The position numbers were made by a program, and so were the translations under genes. DNA of 64,000 nucleotides from the NCBI GenBank assembly GCA_026984035.1, contig JALSSW010000071.1, positions 230 through 64,229 of the forward strand, written 5' to 3'. Below the pieces are notes generated by a model. It made no database searches and was not told the origin of the DNA. It saw nothing but the letters and a program-made list of their open reading frames with translations. The DNA is from Planctomycetota bacterium. Its GTDB lineage: Bacteria > Planctomycetota > UBA1135 > GCA-002748355. This document shows, piece after piece, positions 18,607 through 27,648 of this stretch (positions within the stretch are counted from its first letter, which is position 1; each line of letters begins with the position of its first letter).

Positions 18607-18699
18607 GCGAGATAGGATGACCTGGCTGTAAAACGCAGGCTACCTGGAAAAAAGAGGCTCTATTTCAACAAAGCAAGGGGCAAGGGGAAAGTAGGGAAG

Positions 18700-19230
18700 A
18701 TGAAGATCTACACAAAAACGGGCGATCAGGGTGAGACTGGCCTTTTTGATGGGACTCGCGTACCCAAGGAGAACATCCGGGTCGAGGCCTATGGAACAGT
18801 GGATGAACTCAACAGCCTTCTGGGGCTGCTTCGCTGCGAATCATTGGAACCAAAAACGGATCAGGGCATTCTTCAAATCCAAAAAGACCTCTTTGAGCTG
18901 GGCAGCGACTTGGCGACACCTGGGGGGAATCGCACTGAGGGTTTCCTCGAATCGAGAACCCAGGAGATGGAGTCCTGGATGGATGAGGCCATGAAACAGC
19001 TTCCCAAAATGAAAAGTTTCATTTTACCGGGAGGAACACGGGAGGCTGCGCTCTTGCATCTGGCCAGAACTGTAGCGCGACGAGCCGAGCGTTTAGCTTG
19101 GGCTGCCAAACGTAAGGAGGAGATTCCCGATCGCATTTTGATTTACTTGAATCGGCTTTCAGATTTGTTTTTTGTGTTAGCTCGTTGGGCCAATTTCAGG
19201 GCAAAAGTTAAGGATATTCCTTGGGAATAA
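18700..19230 (+). CDS. pduO: ATP:cob(I)alamin adenosyltransferase, PduO type
   Basis: MKIYTKTGDQGETGLFDGTRVPKENIRVEAYGTVDELNSLLG is the signature N-terminus of PduO/MMAB-type adenosyltransferases. Length is 176 aa, as expected. Confidence 0.9.
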   Translation: MKIYTKTGDQGETGLFDGTRVPKENIRVEAYGTVDELNSLLGLLRCESLEPKTDQGILQIQKDLFELGSDLATPGGNRTEGFLESRTQEMESWMDEAMKQLPKMKSFILPGGTREAALLHLARTVARRAERLAWAAKRKEEIPDRILIYLNRLSDLFFVLARWANFRAKVKDIPWE

Positions 19231-19260
19231 GTTAGGGATAAGGAACCACTCCTGGAGGTT

Positions 19261-20328
19261 TTATAATTCCACAAGAACGCGACCCTTGACCCCATCTTTC
19301 TTTTTGAATTCAAGAGGGACGAAATCCCCCTTGCTGTGGTATCCAATAAGATCTTGCACGTGCATTCCATTGCGAGCCTTGATTCCATTCACAGCAAGAA
19401 GAATGTCCCCCTTGGAGAGGCCGGCTTGCCAAGCAGGGCTGTCCTTTAGAACCGAAAGGATGCGCCCCCCTGGGCCAAGAAACATAGGGTCCATTCGAAC
19501 CCCGAGAAAAGGGCGCTCAAAGATGCGTCCTTTTTTGAGTTCGGCCAATATCGGGGCAAGGTCATGCAAGGGGACCCCAAAACCAATGCCGGAGTCATAC
19601 CAATCCGCACCGGCCATATCCCCGTTTGGAGAAAGAGGGACCACAATCGCAAGGGCACGACCTTTGAGGTCCACCAAGGGCCCTCCATAGTTCGCGGGAG
19701 AAGTGTTCGCATCGCATTGGATGGCTTTGCCATGAATACGGCCTAATCCCGAGAGGATGCCTGCATGCACAGTAGGCAACTTGGGCCCAAAGCTGCGACC
19801 CAGGGCAAACACCCATTGACCGACACGCATCTTGTTACTCGGGACCATCTCCGGAACAGGGAGATCTTTGGCTGCGACCTTGAGAAGGGCGATTCCTCGA
19901 CCCTGGTCTTCCCCCATTTTTTTCGCGGTGAACTTACGACCATCGGCCAGGCTCACCAAAATCGTGGTTGGATGAAAATTAAGCACGAAACGAGTCGTCA
20001 GGATCCAACCTTCCCTTCCAACAATAATGCCAGTGCTTGTCCCTTGCGCCTGAAGAAACCCTGCCAGCTTCAATGGCCCCAAGCCTTTCTTCGGTTTCTT
20101 GGGTCGCCCGGGCCTCTGGCTTCCTCCCAGAGTTGATCGCCGCACACCTCCAAAGGTTTCTACCGTCACCACCCAGGGAGAAGATTGGGCGACAACCCGA
20201 GGGATGACCCTAGAAAGAGATCGGACTTCTTTGAGTGGATGGGATAAAAGGGGCGAGGGAGTTTGAGCGGGAACCCCAGTGGCAAAGACACAGAAAGATA
20301 AGCCGCGAAGGAGTTGGATGGTTTTCAT
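19261..20328 (-). CDS. HtrA/DegP-like trypsin-fold protein with PDZ domain, catalytic triad lost (pseudoprotease)
   Basis: 355 aa with a signal peptide. The fold strings are retained but the triad residues are replaced: GWILTTRFVL (no His), GRGIALLKV (no Asp), SPANYGGPLV (Tyr in place of Ser). PDZ: GGRILSVLKDSPAWQAGLSKGDILLAVNG. The ATG overlaps the upstream stop (ATGA, 20325..20328). Confidence 0.75.
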   Translation of the reverse strand: MKTIQLLRGLSFCVFATGVPAQTPSPLLSHPLKEVRSLSRVIPRVVAQSSPWVVTVETFGGVRRSTLGGSQRPGRPKKPKKGLGPLKLAGFLQAQGTSTGIIVGREGWILTTRFVLNFHPTTILVSLADGRKFTAKKMGEDQGRGIALLKVAAKDLPVPEMVPSNKMRVGQWVFALGRSFGPKLPTVHAGILSGLGRIHGKAIQCDANTSPANYGGPLVDLKGRALAIVVPLSPNGDMAGADWYDSGIGFGVPLHDLAPILAELKKGRIFERPFLGVRMDPMFLGPGGRILSVLKDSPAWQAGLSKGDILLAVNGIKARNGMHVQDLIGYHSKGDFVPLEFKKKDGVKGRVLVEL

Positions 20329-23264
20329 TTTTTCGCCTCCAAGACCAAGCTGACCTTAGTTACCCGCACACCCCGCTTAAGGGTCAAATCAATGCTCTCT
20401 CCTGGCCCAAAAGCCCGGAGAGCCCGGCGAAACTCTGCACAAGTCCGAACGGGATAGTCGTTCACCCGGACTATCATGTCATCAGGTCGGATCCCCGCCC
20501 TTTGCGCGGGCGAATCGGGGAAGACACGGTCTACATAGGCGGGAGGAGAGCGCCGGCGTCCCGTGTCAAAGAGCTTGATGCCTGTATAGACCGGCCCCTT
20601 AGCCTTGGCTTTGAGGGATTGGGCCGCGAGATTCTTTGCGAGACTCCGATCTCCCAGGCAGAGAGCAACAAAGGGGGCCAAGTTCTCGGCGGGGATCACA
20701 AGCGAAAGCTGCGTATTTGTCTCCCGCGACTCCACCAAAGGAGTCAGCATTCCCACAAGTTTTCCATCGAGAGTAAAAAGTCCTCCCCCCTGCGTCCCAG
20801 GGTTAGATGGGGCGTCCGTCAAGTAGACGCGACCTTTGTAAGGAAATTTGCGCAGATTCAGCCTGAGGTCTGAACGGATACTTCCCGAAATCACACCTTC
20901 AACAACGGTGACCCGTTCATCAAATTCCGCCAATTTGAAGGCGTTTCCCATAGACCAAACAACCGTTCCCGGAGGAAGGAATCGCTTTTTTCCGGGGATC
21001 GCAATCGGATGAAGATTCGATTTTCCGGGATCAATTTTGAGCATCGCGAGCCCTAATTCCTCAGCCCGACGATAGATCCTCGCCTCGTGGATGCTGCCGT
21101 CCGCGAGAACAACGCGCACTTGTCCCGGCTGCAGCATGATGTGATCCCAAGTGAGGATGAAACCCTTTTTTGAAACCACCAGGCCGGAACCATAGCCCTC
21201 GATACCTTTCAATCCGCTTGCCCCCACAATCTTTACCACTGCATCGAGCAAGGGAACCATGTGCTCTTCCATCGCGGTGCTGGGCCGAGGCAAAGGATCC
21301 TCACGGAGCTTGAACCCGGGAAAGCCTGAAGCTGCGGGATCGTCCCCAACGGCCTCCCAGGTCTCAACCAAAACCTTATCGATCCGTTTCTCCAAGCGAA
21401 CGGGATAGAGGAGGGAATCTTTTGCCCTCACCCACTTGTTGACAACAACTTCCACAAGTCCCCCATCTGCGGGGCTGCGATACCGACAGCCCACGGGAAT
21501 AAAGCGTTTCCCGTCGATATAAAGAGCCCTCTTGCCAGGTCCTCTTAGGGCCAAAACCCAAACAGGGGCCCCAGCAACATAGGCTCCACCCTCTACATAG
21601 AGATCCCCCGGAATACCCTCTGATCTGGACGGATCCAATAGGGGCAGGAGCAAACGTTCGCGTTGGAGGGTCACAAGTTCATCCCCCCTGTCCTTTTGCT
21701 TGGCGAGGGCTTCCGAATCAAGAGTCTTCCCCCGAAAGCTTCGTTGGATTCGCTTTCCATCCAAGATCCAAGAACGCTCAAAACGATCCTTTCTGGACGG
21801 AACATGAACCATGACGCGCACAATCCTCTTCCCCTTCTCCGCCACGAGATGGGGCTCAACCTTTCCCCGAAGCCAAGAGACAACCCCATCCATGTATTGG
21901 TAAAGACCTCGATCCCGTTCAAGCTCCTTCGTGCTGGGTCCAGTCTTCTTGACCTTCACCTTACCTCGATACTTCCTGGGGATCTTTCCACGCCAACCCT
22001 TTGGAAGAGCCTTCTTCCATCCTTTCGGAACTTTGAACCCTTTGGGAAGGAGTAAATCACTCAAAGCAAGGCGCCTATTTTTTTCGCGCTCTTCGCGCTC
22101 CTTGGCAGCCTTGAGAAGTTTTGAAAAATCCGGCTTCTTCGAAAAATCCGGAACATTCGGTCTTGGGTTTCGCTGGGATCCTGTAGGCAAGGCGGCCAGA
22201 GGGAAGCGGGCATGCCGAATCGGACCATAGTTTCGATGACCTTCACTGAACCTGCGGTAGCCAATGTCCACAACAAAGCCGGCAGGAAGTCGCCCTGTCC
22301 ATTTTCCGAGTTGATTCGCTGTCCGAACCTTACGGCCATTAAACGTCACAATCTCATCACCAAGCCGAATGCCATGCCTCCAGGCAACAGAGTCTTCGAA
22401 CAGCGCCTGCGCGAAGACTCCTCTTCGGCCTCCCATATTGGGATCCTCCATAGTCCATGCGCTCATGTCGGTGGTCCCATGCTCACAATGCTTCCCCGCA
22501 AGGAGATCCGGGAGAAAACCTTTGATCTGCTGAATACTCACGGCAAATCCTGCTCCCGTGTTCACCCTCCCGCGATCTCGAATCGTGATGCGCCCATTGA
22601 TCCCAACCAACAAGCCATTCTCGTCGAACAAAGGGCCCCCGGAATTCCCGGGGTTGATCGGGGCATCTACTTGGATGCAATCCGGATACATCAGCATCCT
22701 CCCGTTTGGCCCCGTTCCCTTTTGGAATCGGTGAATCCCTGAGACAATCCCAATGGTCACCGTCGGCTTGAAATCCGTTGCCAAAAGAAAAGGGTTTCCC
22801 ATCGCGTAGACAAAACCACCCAACTTGAGATGATCTGAGTTCCCCAACCGGGCGTGTGGCCACGTTCCATCAGGATTGGTTCCTTTACCCCGCAAGGCGA
22901 GCAAAGCGATATCCCCTCCCGGATCCACTCCGATCACATCGGCGATATAAAAATTGCCGTCCGGAAGGCCGATCTTCATGACCTTTGATTTTGTTGCGAC
23001 ATGGTAATTGGTCAGGATCCACCCCTTGGGTGAAATAATCACCCCAGAGCCTCCACCCGCTCGCTCTAAGGACATCACGGCGCAAACCGTGGGGGCCAAT
23101 CGTGCAACAAGTTCGGTGCGAGCTTTTTGCGCCAGAAGGGCATAGGTTAAAGCATCGGACTCCTCTCCCGATTCATTCCCAGCTTCCTGTTGGAGAGCAA
23201 AACATTCTCCCACAACTCCCAAAACTGAAACCAGGGAGAGAGCAAGAATTGACCCTATTTTCAT
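20325..23264 (-). CDS. Double HtrA-type protein: active trypsin-like serine protease + PDZ, linker, second degenerate protease domain + PDZ
   Basis: ORF 20325..23768. The start MKIGSILALSLVSVLG at 23264 overlaps the upstream stop (ATGA). Domain 1 has TNYHVA / GDIALLAL / GNSGGPLF. Domain 2 has TWDHIM / LGLAMLKI / GTQGGGLF. Two PDZ-like segments are present. Confidence 0.8.
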   Translation of the reverse strand: MKIGSILALSLVSVLGVVGECFALQQEAGNESGEESDALTYALLAQKARTELVARLAPTVCAVMSLERAGGGSGVIISPKGWILTNYHVATKSKVMKIGLPDGNFYIADVIGVDPGGDIALLALRGKGTNPDGTWPHARLGNSDHLKLGGFVYAMGNPFLLATDFKPTVTIGIVSGIHRFQKGTGPNGRMLMYPDCIQVDAPINPGNSGGPLFDENGLLVGINGRITIRDRGRVNTGAGFAVSIQQIKGFLPDLLAGKHCEHGTTDMSAWTMEDPNMGGRRGVFAQALFEDSVAWRHGIRLGDEIVTFNGRKVRTANQLGKWTGRLPAGFVVDIGYRRFSEGHRNYGPIRHARFPLAALPTGSQRNPRPNVPDFSKKPDFSKLLKAAKEREEREKNRRLALSDLLLPKGFKVPKGWKKALPKGWRGKIPRKYRGKVKVKKTGPSTKELERDRGLYQYMDGVVSWLRGKVEPHLVAEKGKRIVRVMVHVPSRKDRFERSWILDGKRIQRSFRGKTLDSEALAKQKDRGDELVTLQRERLLLPLLDPSRSEGIPGDLYVEGGAYVAGAPVWVLALRGPGKRALYIDGKRFIPVGCRYRSPADGGLVEVVVNKWVRAKDSLLYPVRLEKRIDKVLVETWEAVGDDPAASGFPGFKLREDPLPRPSTAMEEHMVPLLDAVVKIVGASGLKGIEGYGSGLVVSKKGFILTWDHIMLQPGQVRVVLADGSIHEARIYRRAEELGLAMLKIDPGKSNLHPIAIPGKKRFLPPGTVVWSMGNAFKLAEFDERVTVVEGVISGSIRSDLRLNLRKFPYKGRVYLTDAPSNPGTQGGGLFTLDGKLVGMLTPLVESRETNTQLSLVIPAENLAPFVALCLGDRSLAKNLAAQSLKAKAKGPVYTGIKLFDTGRRRSPPAYVDRVFPDSPAQRAGIRPDDMIVRVNDYPVRTCAEFRRALRAFGPGESIDLTLKRGVRVTKVSLVLEAKK

Positions 23265-24628
23265 TGTTCCAACACCCTCAAATCCCCAAGAATGACCGCA
23301 GCCCCCGAATCCAACATAAAGCTGCCCTGAAGTTCCAAAACCACTCTCTCGATGTTTTCCAGATTCAATTGGAGAGAAACTGCGGGAGCTCCCCCTTTTA
23401 GCTCCACTTCCTTCATCAGAGGTTTTCCATCTCCCAAAACTCGCAGCTTTACGAGACCTTTGCCCCGCGAAACAAGCCCAGCTTTGCCAAGAAGAATCCC
23501 ACGCTTTGCTGTCAGAGGAATTTCCATCCTCAAATTGGGAACCACCCAAAACCCATGTCTGAATTTTTCCCCTTCTAACTTCAAAGATCTTCCTGCGGGG
23601 GAGTGATCTTTGAGGACGGGCCACTTTCGATCGAGGGTGGGTGTGCGGGCGATCTGTAACCCCGGAATCCTTGAAACAAATTTGACCTGGGGGGATCCGA
23701 ACTCGATCTCCTGGATGAGTTCTTGATCCAAGCGAAGTCGAAAACCTTCCAAAGTTTGGAAAACCCAAGGCTTCGATAAATCCGAATTCGCTGAAAGGAG
23801 GCGCCCAATAAGGACGGTTCCATTTTGGAGCTTCGCTCGATCCATGGGAACATTTTCTGGCGCCACCGGCTCAACCCCCGAACCTTCCGCAAAAACAACC
23901 CCATAGACCTTTGTAAGAGGAAGGGATCTCTCTTTTCCTCCCACCTTGAGAAGCAGGGTCCCAAGCTTGCCCTTCCCAACTTTATCATTAATTGGGGTTC
24001 CCCCTAAAAGTTTGCAAGGGATACGACGGATGATCGGTTCACCATTAGAGCTTTTCCCCTTGGTATAAAAACACAAGTCGGACTCAAGAGGGGGCGCCTG
24101 CAAAGCTCGCGAAAAATTTGCATCCAAAACCCGATGCTTCGCTTCCTTGTTCTCCTCCTCAGAAGCTGTGACCTTGGGTTTCGCAACCGGTCCCCGAAAA
24201 CCCTGAATATAGGTCAAGGGAACCAGGATCTTATTTCCTCTATGAATTTGAAACTCAAGGCTTCCTTTTGTCCCTCCGAGACAAACACCATCGAGAATGG
24301 CTCCGCTTCGAAGTTTGAGGAATCCTCTTGCCGGAAGATTCTTGTTCGAAGGAGATACACTCAGGGCATCCTCCCCCTCATCAGATCCATCCATAATCCA
24401 GGCTTTCCCGGGCGCAAGCCTGATAGGATTGCCCCCTTCCACCCCCCTGAAGCCATCTTTGGCCGAAAAAACCCAATCCCTAAAAGTCCAAGTTTTCCCG
24501 GAAAAACTCTTGAGCCGAACGGTTCGTCCATCCCCCCTTATGCCCGGAACCGTACCAAAAGAAGGCCTTGCAGAAAGGCCAAGTAAACAGAAAAAAGGAG
24601 AAAGAAAAAAAAGACTTACCGCTTTCAC
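23261..24628 (-). CDS. Secreted protein with repeated small beta modules and NPCBM-like C-terminal domain
   Basis: The GTG start at 24628 overlaps the upstream TGA (GTGA). Signal peptide MKAVSLFFLSPFFCLLGLSA. The C-terminal ~130 aa (FRHGFWVVPNLRMEIPL...VKLRVLGDGKPL...VLELQGSF...AAVILGDLRVLE) resembles the NPCBM jelly-roll pattern. This is a by-eye call. Confidence 0.55.
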   Translation of the reverse strand: MKAVSLFFLSPFFCLLGLSARPSFGTVPGIRGDGRTVRLKSFSGKTWTFRDWVFSAKDGFRGVEGGNPIRLAPGKAWIMDGSDEGEDALSVSPSNKNLPARGFLKLRSGAILDGVCLGGTKGSLEFQIHRGNKILVPLTYIQGFRGPVAKPKVTASEEENKEAKHRVLDANFSRALQAPPLESDLCFYTKGKSSNGEPIIRRIPCKLLGGTPINDKVGKGKLGTLLLKVGGKERSLPLTKVYGVVFAEGSGVEPVAPENVPMDRAKLQNGTVLIGRLLSANSDLSKPWVFQTLEGFRLRLDQELIQEIEFGSPQVKFVSRIPGLQIARTPTLDRKWPVLKDHSPAGRSLKLEGEKFRHGFWVVPNLRMEIPLTAKRGILLGKAGLVSRGKGLVKLRVLGDGKPLMKEVELKGGAPAVSLQLNLENIERVVLELQGSFMLDSGAAVILGDLRVLEQ

Positions 24629-25680
24629 TTTCCCCCTCTATTCACTTTGCGATAGTAACGCTCGAGAACCGCGCGATAGCGTTCCGGAAGTTTGGTTTGT
24701 ACTTCGTTCATAATTTTTTTTCGGTCGCGATCTTTCATTTCTCCCCACTTACTCTTCACCCCACGAGAGCCATGGAGCTGACCGACGCGGCCGGGACCAT
24801 CACTTAGGGAAGATTGATTCGCAGGCCCCTTGGACTGCTGATTCCCCTTTGGTGGTCCACTTCCTTGCTGTTGTTCTTCTTTTTCAAGCTGCTCAATCAG
24901 CTTGGTAAGTTTATCAACAATATCGAGTTGCTTGGTCTCAACCTGCTTACCGGTTTGCTCTTTTCTCAGCTTGCGCTCGCAGTATTTCATGTCGTCGGCA
25001 ATCGCATGAAGGGGGCTGTCCCATTGAGCTTCAAGCTCGGCAAGAAGTTGGGCGGCATTGGCACGGTAACGTTCCGGAGCATCCGGGTACAAATCCAAAA
25101 AAGCCTTTAGATTGACGATAGCCTTCCCCGCATCGGGGATCAGGGCGAGGCTGTAACCGATATAGAAAGCCCCCTCCCCATCCATAAGGCTGTAACCGCT
25201 ATCCTTGGTAACAAAATCTGCAAGCACCAAAACGGCCCCTTCGGGGTCATCTTCGTCCAGCAGAGCCCGAGCAAGGAAATAACGGGAATGGGCCTTGATG
25301 TATGGATCCTTGGCTTTCAAAAGGAGTTTCGTAAGATCCAAAACTCCCTTCGGAGAACCTGCGTCCACCTCATTCATGGCTTTACGGTACGGAGGAATCA
25401 GTTTGCGGAGGACGCGATCGGTAATCCTGCTATCGGGACCAACCTTCCATTCTTTTTCAAATTCTTTGAGAAGAGTCTCGTCAGCCTTATGCGCCTTCAT
25501 CCATGTTAAGAAGGCATTTTTGTCAAACTTCTTCCGCTGAAGAACTGCCTGCTTTCCTTGGGCTTCAGGACCACCCTGCTTTTGGGAGAGACCCAGTGAG
25601 GGCAGCACAAGAAAAGTCGCCACCAAAAAAAGCCTCTTAGGATTCCAGGGGCGGATTGCTCTTTTAGGAAATGACCTCAT
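24625..25680 (-). CDS. Secreted TPR-like protein (BatC-like position) with conserved C-terminal tail
   Basis: 351 aa with a signal peptide (LFLVATFLVLPSLGLSQ) and a helical repeat region. It ends in WGEMKDRDRKKIMNEVQTKLPERYRAVLERYYRKV. The ATG overlaps the upstream stop (ATGA, 25677..25680). Confidence 0.6.
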   Translation of the reverse strand: MRSFPKRAIRPWNPKRLFLVATFLVLPSLGLSQKQGGPEAQGKQAVLQRKKFDKNAFLTWMKAHKADETLLKEFEKEWKVGPDSRITDRVLRKLIPPYRKAMNEVDAGSPKGVLDLTKLLLKAKDPYIKAHSRYFLARALLDEDDPEGAVLVLADFVTKDSGYSLMDGEGAFYIGYSLALIPDAGKAIVNLKAFLDLYPDAPERYRANAAQLLAELEAQWDSPLHAIADDMKYCERKLRKEQTGKQVETKQLDIVDKLTKLIEQLEKEEQQQGSGPPKGNQQSKGPANQSSLSDGPGRVGQLHGSRGVKSKWGEMKDRDRKKIMNEVQTKLPERYRAVLERYYRKVNRGGK

Positions 25681-27644
25681 TTATCCTCACCTTCATCATT
25701 GCCTTCTTCCTTCTGAAGTTTGTTCGCAAGCTTTCTGGTTAAACCGCCCACTCTTCCTTCCTGCTTCGCAGCGTCATCGGCGAGATCCTTCCTGTTTTTT
25801 CCTTTTTTCAGCTTATTCACAACCTTGGTCTTGCGATTCACACCCTCCTGGAGAGTCCGCAACATCCGAAGCTCGGCCGAAAGAGGAACCAGGGGTTGCT
25901 TACCATCACAAGATTGCCCCGCTTGGTCGCTTTCCTTGTATTCGATCTGCTTGCGTAGAGCCTCCAGTAATGCCTTGAGAAGCCGCTCGACTTCTCTTTG
26001 ACGAACCCCTACAGCTTCTCCTGTTTCATAAAACTCCAAACGCTTGGCAACCTTTCTTAACTCGCCGGCAAGCTCCTTGACGATTTCCGGGAAAACAGCA
26101 GTACTCCCCTCTTCGATCAATAGCCGGAGAGCAGAGTTTGCTTCGGCTTCCAAGCTGCGTTCGCCCTTGGAAATCTGGCGACAAGCTGTCTTGATCGAAG
26201 TCGGGACGATTCCCTGCTGGCTCAGGGCTTCGATACGCTTTCTCCGCTTTTGTGTCACTTTGGTTCGGGATGTCAAAGCAACCTGCTTGGCCAGCATTGC
26301 TGTAAATCGCTCCTCCAGAGCCCTCAGAACCTCTTCTTGAAGTTCTTGTCGCAGCTGTGCCAAAGCATCCTCGAGCTTCTTCTTGGCTTCCTGCAGCTCA
26401 TCCTCTGCGTCCTTCTGATCCCTTCTCGACTTGCTGGGCTTTTGTTCCTTGAGGGAACCAGCAGCGTTTTTTTGCTTAGGAACGGCTAATTCGACATTTT
26501 TCTTTCCAGGAACAGGTTCGCCTTCCCCGCTCCCGTCTTCGCCCTCTCCCTTCCCTGCCTCCTCAGCTTTATCCATATCCTTGGCAAGGTCATCCGTCTT
26601 CTTCATCGTCTCCAACTGCTTCTTGGCAAATTGCTCGAAAGGAAGAGAAAGGAGCTTTCGCTGGGCTTCTTCCTCCATTTTTTTCAAGGCTTCCTCTGCC
26701 TTCCTGAGTTCCTCGACCGAACTCTCCTGATCATCGAGGGCCGCCTCCGGAGCCTTTGCCCCCATTCGAGCTTGTGCCCGTTGCATCGATTCAGCTGCCT
26801 TTCCGGCGGATGAAGAAGCTGCACCTCCTTGCCCCTCGGAATCCGAGGGCTTCCCCTCATCCGCTCCCCCTTCTTTGGAAAGGTCTTTGGCGTCCTGCTC
26901 TAAAGATTTCAGGTTCTCTTCGAGCTTTTCAGCCTCCTCCGCCAAAGAACCCTGCTTTGCCGTGAGCTTGGGATCTTCCTTGGCGCCGGCCCCAAGAGCC
27001 TTTGTGCCGCTCTTCACCTGTTCTTCCTTGGCGATGAGATTGCGAATGCGGGTCCTGGCATCCTTTAGATCTTGAATATGCTTTTGCAGCTTTTCAGCGT
27101 TTGATGATTGCTCCTTTTCCTTTTGCTGTTCTTGCAGCAGCTTATCAACTTGGTTTTTAAACTTTTCAAGCTTGTCAATCTGCTCCATGAGCTTGCGGAG
27201 ATCAACGTCCCGGTCCAGAAGGAGCTGCATCAGTTGATCCAGATCTTTGCGAATCGTATCCATCCCCCTGATGGCTTCATCCCAAGACTTGCCTTCAAGA
27301 AGATCCGCAACTTCCTTCATTCGCTCCTCCATCTTGGTTTCCGCCATGTACCGGAGACCAACCTGGATTCGCTTTACTTTGTCAGGCTCTTTATCCTTGA
27401 GTTCCGCCTTCAGGGAACGCATGGTCGACTGCAGCTCTCGAAACTTGAGAAAAGCTTGGCTCTGGAGATGCTTGGGAGATTTGTCTTGGTCCCCCCCGGA
27501 TTTACCTGTTGCCTTGGCAGTTGGTGGCTTCGCGGAAGAAGGATCTCCTCTCCCTTGAGCAAATGCGGGTACCCTCAAGGCGGTCAGGCCAAAAGAAACA
27601 ATGAGCGCCGCCCCAAATAGCAACTGTCTTTTCATTGAAAACAT
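25677..27644 (-). CDS. Secreted K/E/Q-rich coiled-coil protein
   Basis: ORF 25677..27704. The start MFSMKRQLLFGAALIVSFGLTALRVPAFAQG at 27644 lies 4 nt after the upstream stop. There are long heptad-like stretches and no enzymatic motif. Confidence 0.6.
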   Translation of the reverse strand: MFSMKRQLLFGAALIVSFGLTALRVPAFAQGRGDPSSAKPPTAKATGKSGGDQDKSPKHLQSQAFLKFRELQSTMRSLKAELKDKEPDKVKRIQVGLRYMAETKMEERMKEVADLLEGKSWDEAIRGMDTIRKDLDQLMQLLLDRDVDLRKLMEQIDKLEKFKNQVDKLLQEQQKEKEQSSNAEKLQKHIQDLKDARTRIRNLIAKEEQVKSGTKALGAGAKEDPKLTAKQGSLAEEAEKLEENLKSLEQDAKDLSKEGGADEGKPSDSEGQGGAASSSAGKAAESMQRAQARMGAKAPEAALDDQESSVEELRKAEEALKKMEEEAQRKLLSLPFEQFAKKQLETMKKTDDLAKDMDKAEEAGKGEGEDGSGEGEPVPGKKNVELAVPKQKNAAGSLKEQKPSKSRRDQKDAEDELQEAKKKLEDALAQLRQELQEEVLRALEERFTAMLAKQVALTSRTKVTQKRRKRIEALSQQGIVPTSIKTACRQISKGERSLEAEANSALRLLIEEGSTAVFPEIVKELAGELRKVAKRLEFYETGEAVGVRQREVERLLKALLEALRKQIEYKESDQAGQSCDGKQPLVPLSAELRMLRTLQEGVNRKTKVVNKLKKGKNRKDLADDAAKQEGRVGGLTRKLANKLQKEEGNDEGEDK

Positions 27645-27648
27645 CCGA

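Noticed and set aside
18607-18699. Possible cobalamin riboswitch upstream of the PduO-type adenosyltransferase.
   Set aside because: The intergenic region is only 93 nt, too short for a B12 riboswitch, and I see no B12-box-like element.
23265-23768. 168-codon N-terminal extension of the double-HtrA ORF. There are similar upstream extensions at 13269..13448, 14336..14551, 3792..3914, 61945..62130 and 27645..27704.
   Set aside because: The extensions overlap the 3-prime ends of upstream genes in another frame and look like off-frame translation. They precede an internal Met followed by a signal peptide or a conserved N-terminus, often at an ATGA junction.
25677-27644. Repetitive-looking DNA, considered as a possible tandem repeat or array.
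   Set aside because: The repetitiveness is compositional (GAA/AAG/CTT-rich codons of a K/E/Q coiled coil), with no fixed period or repeated unit, and the reading frame stays open throughout.
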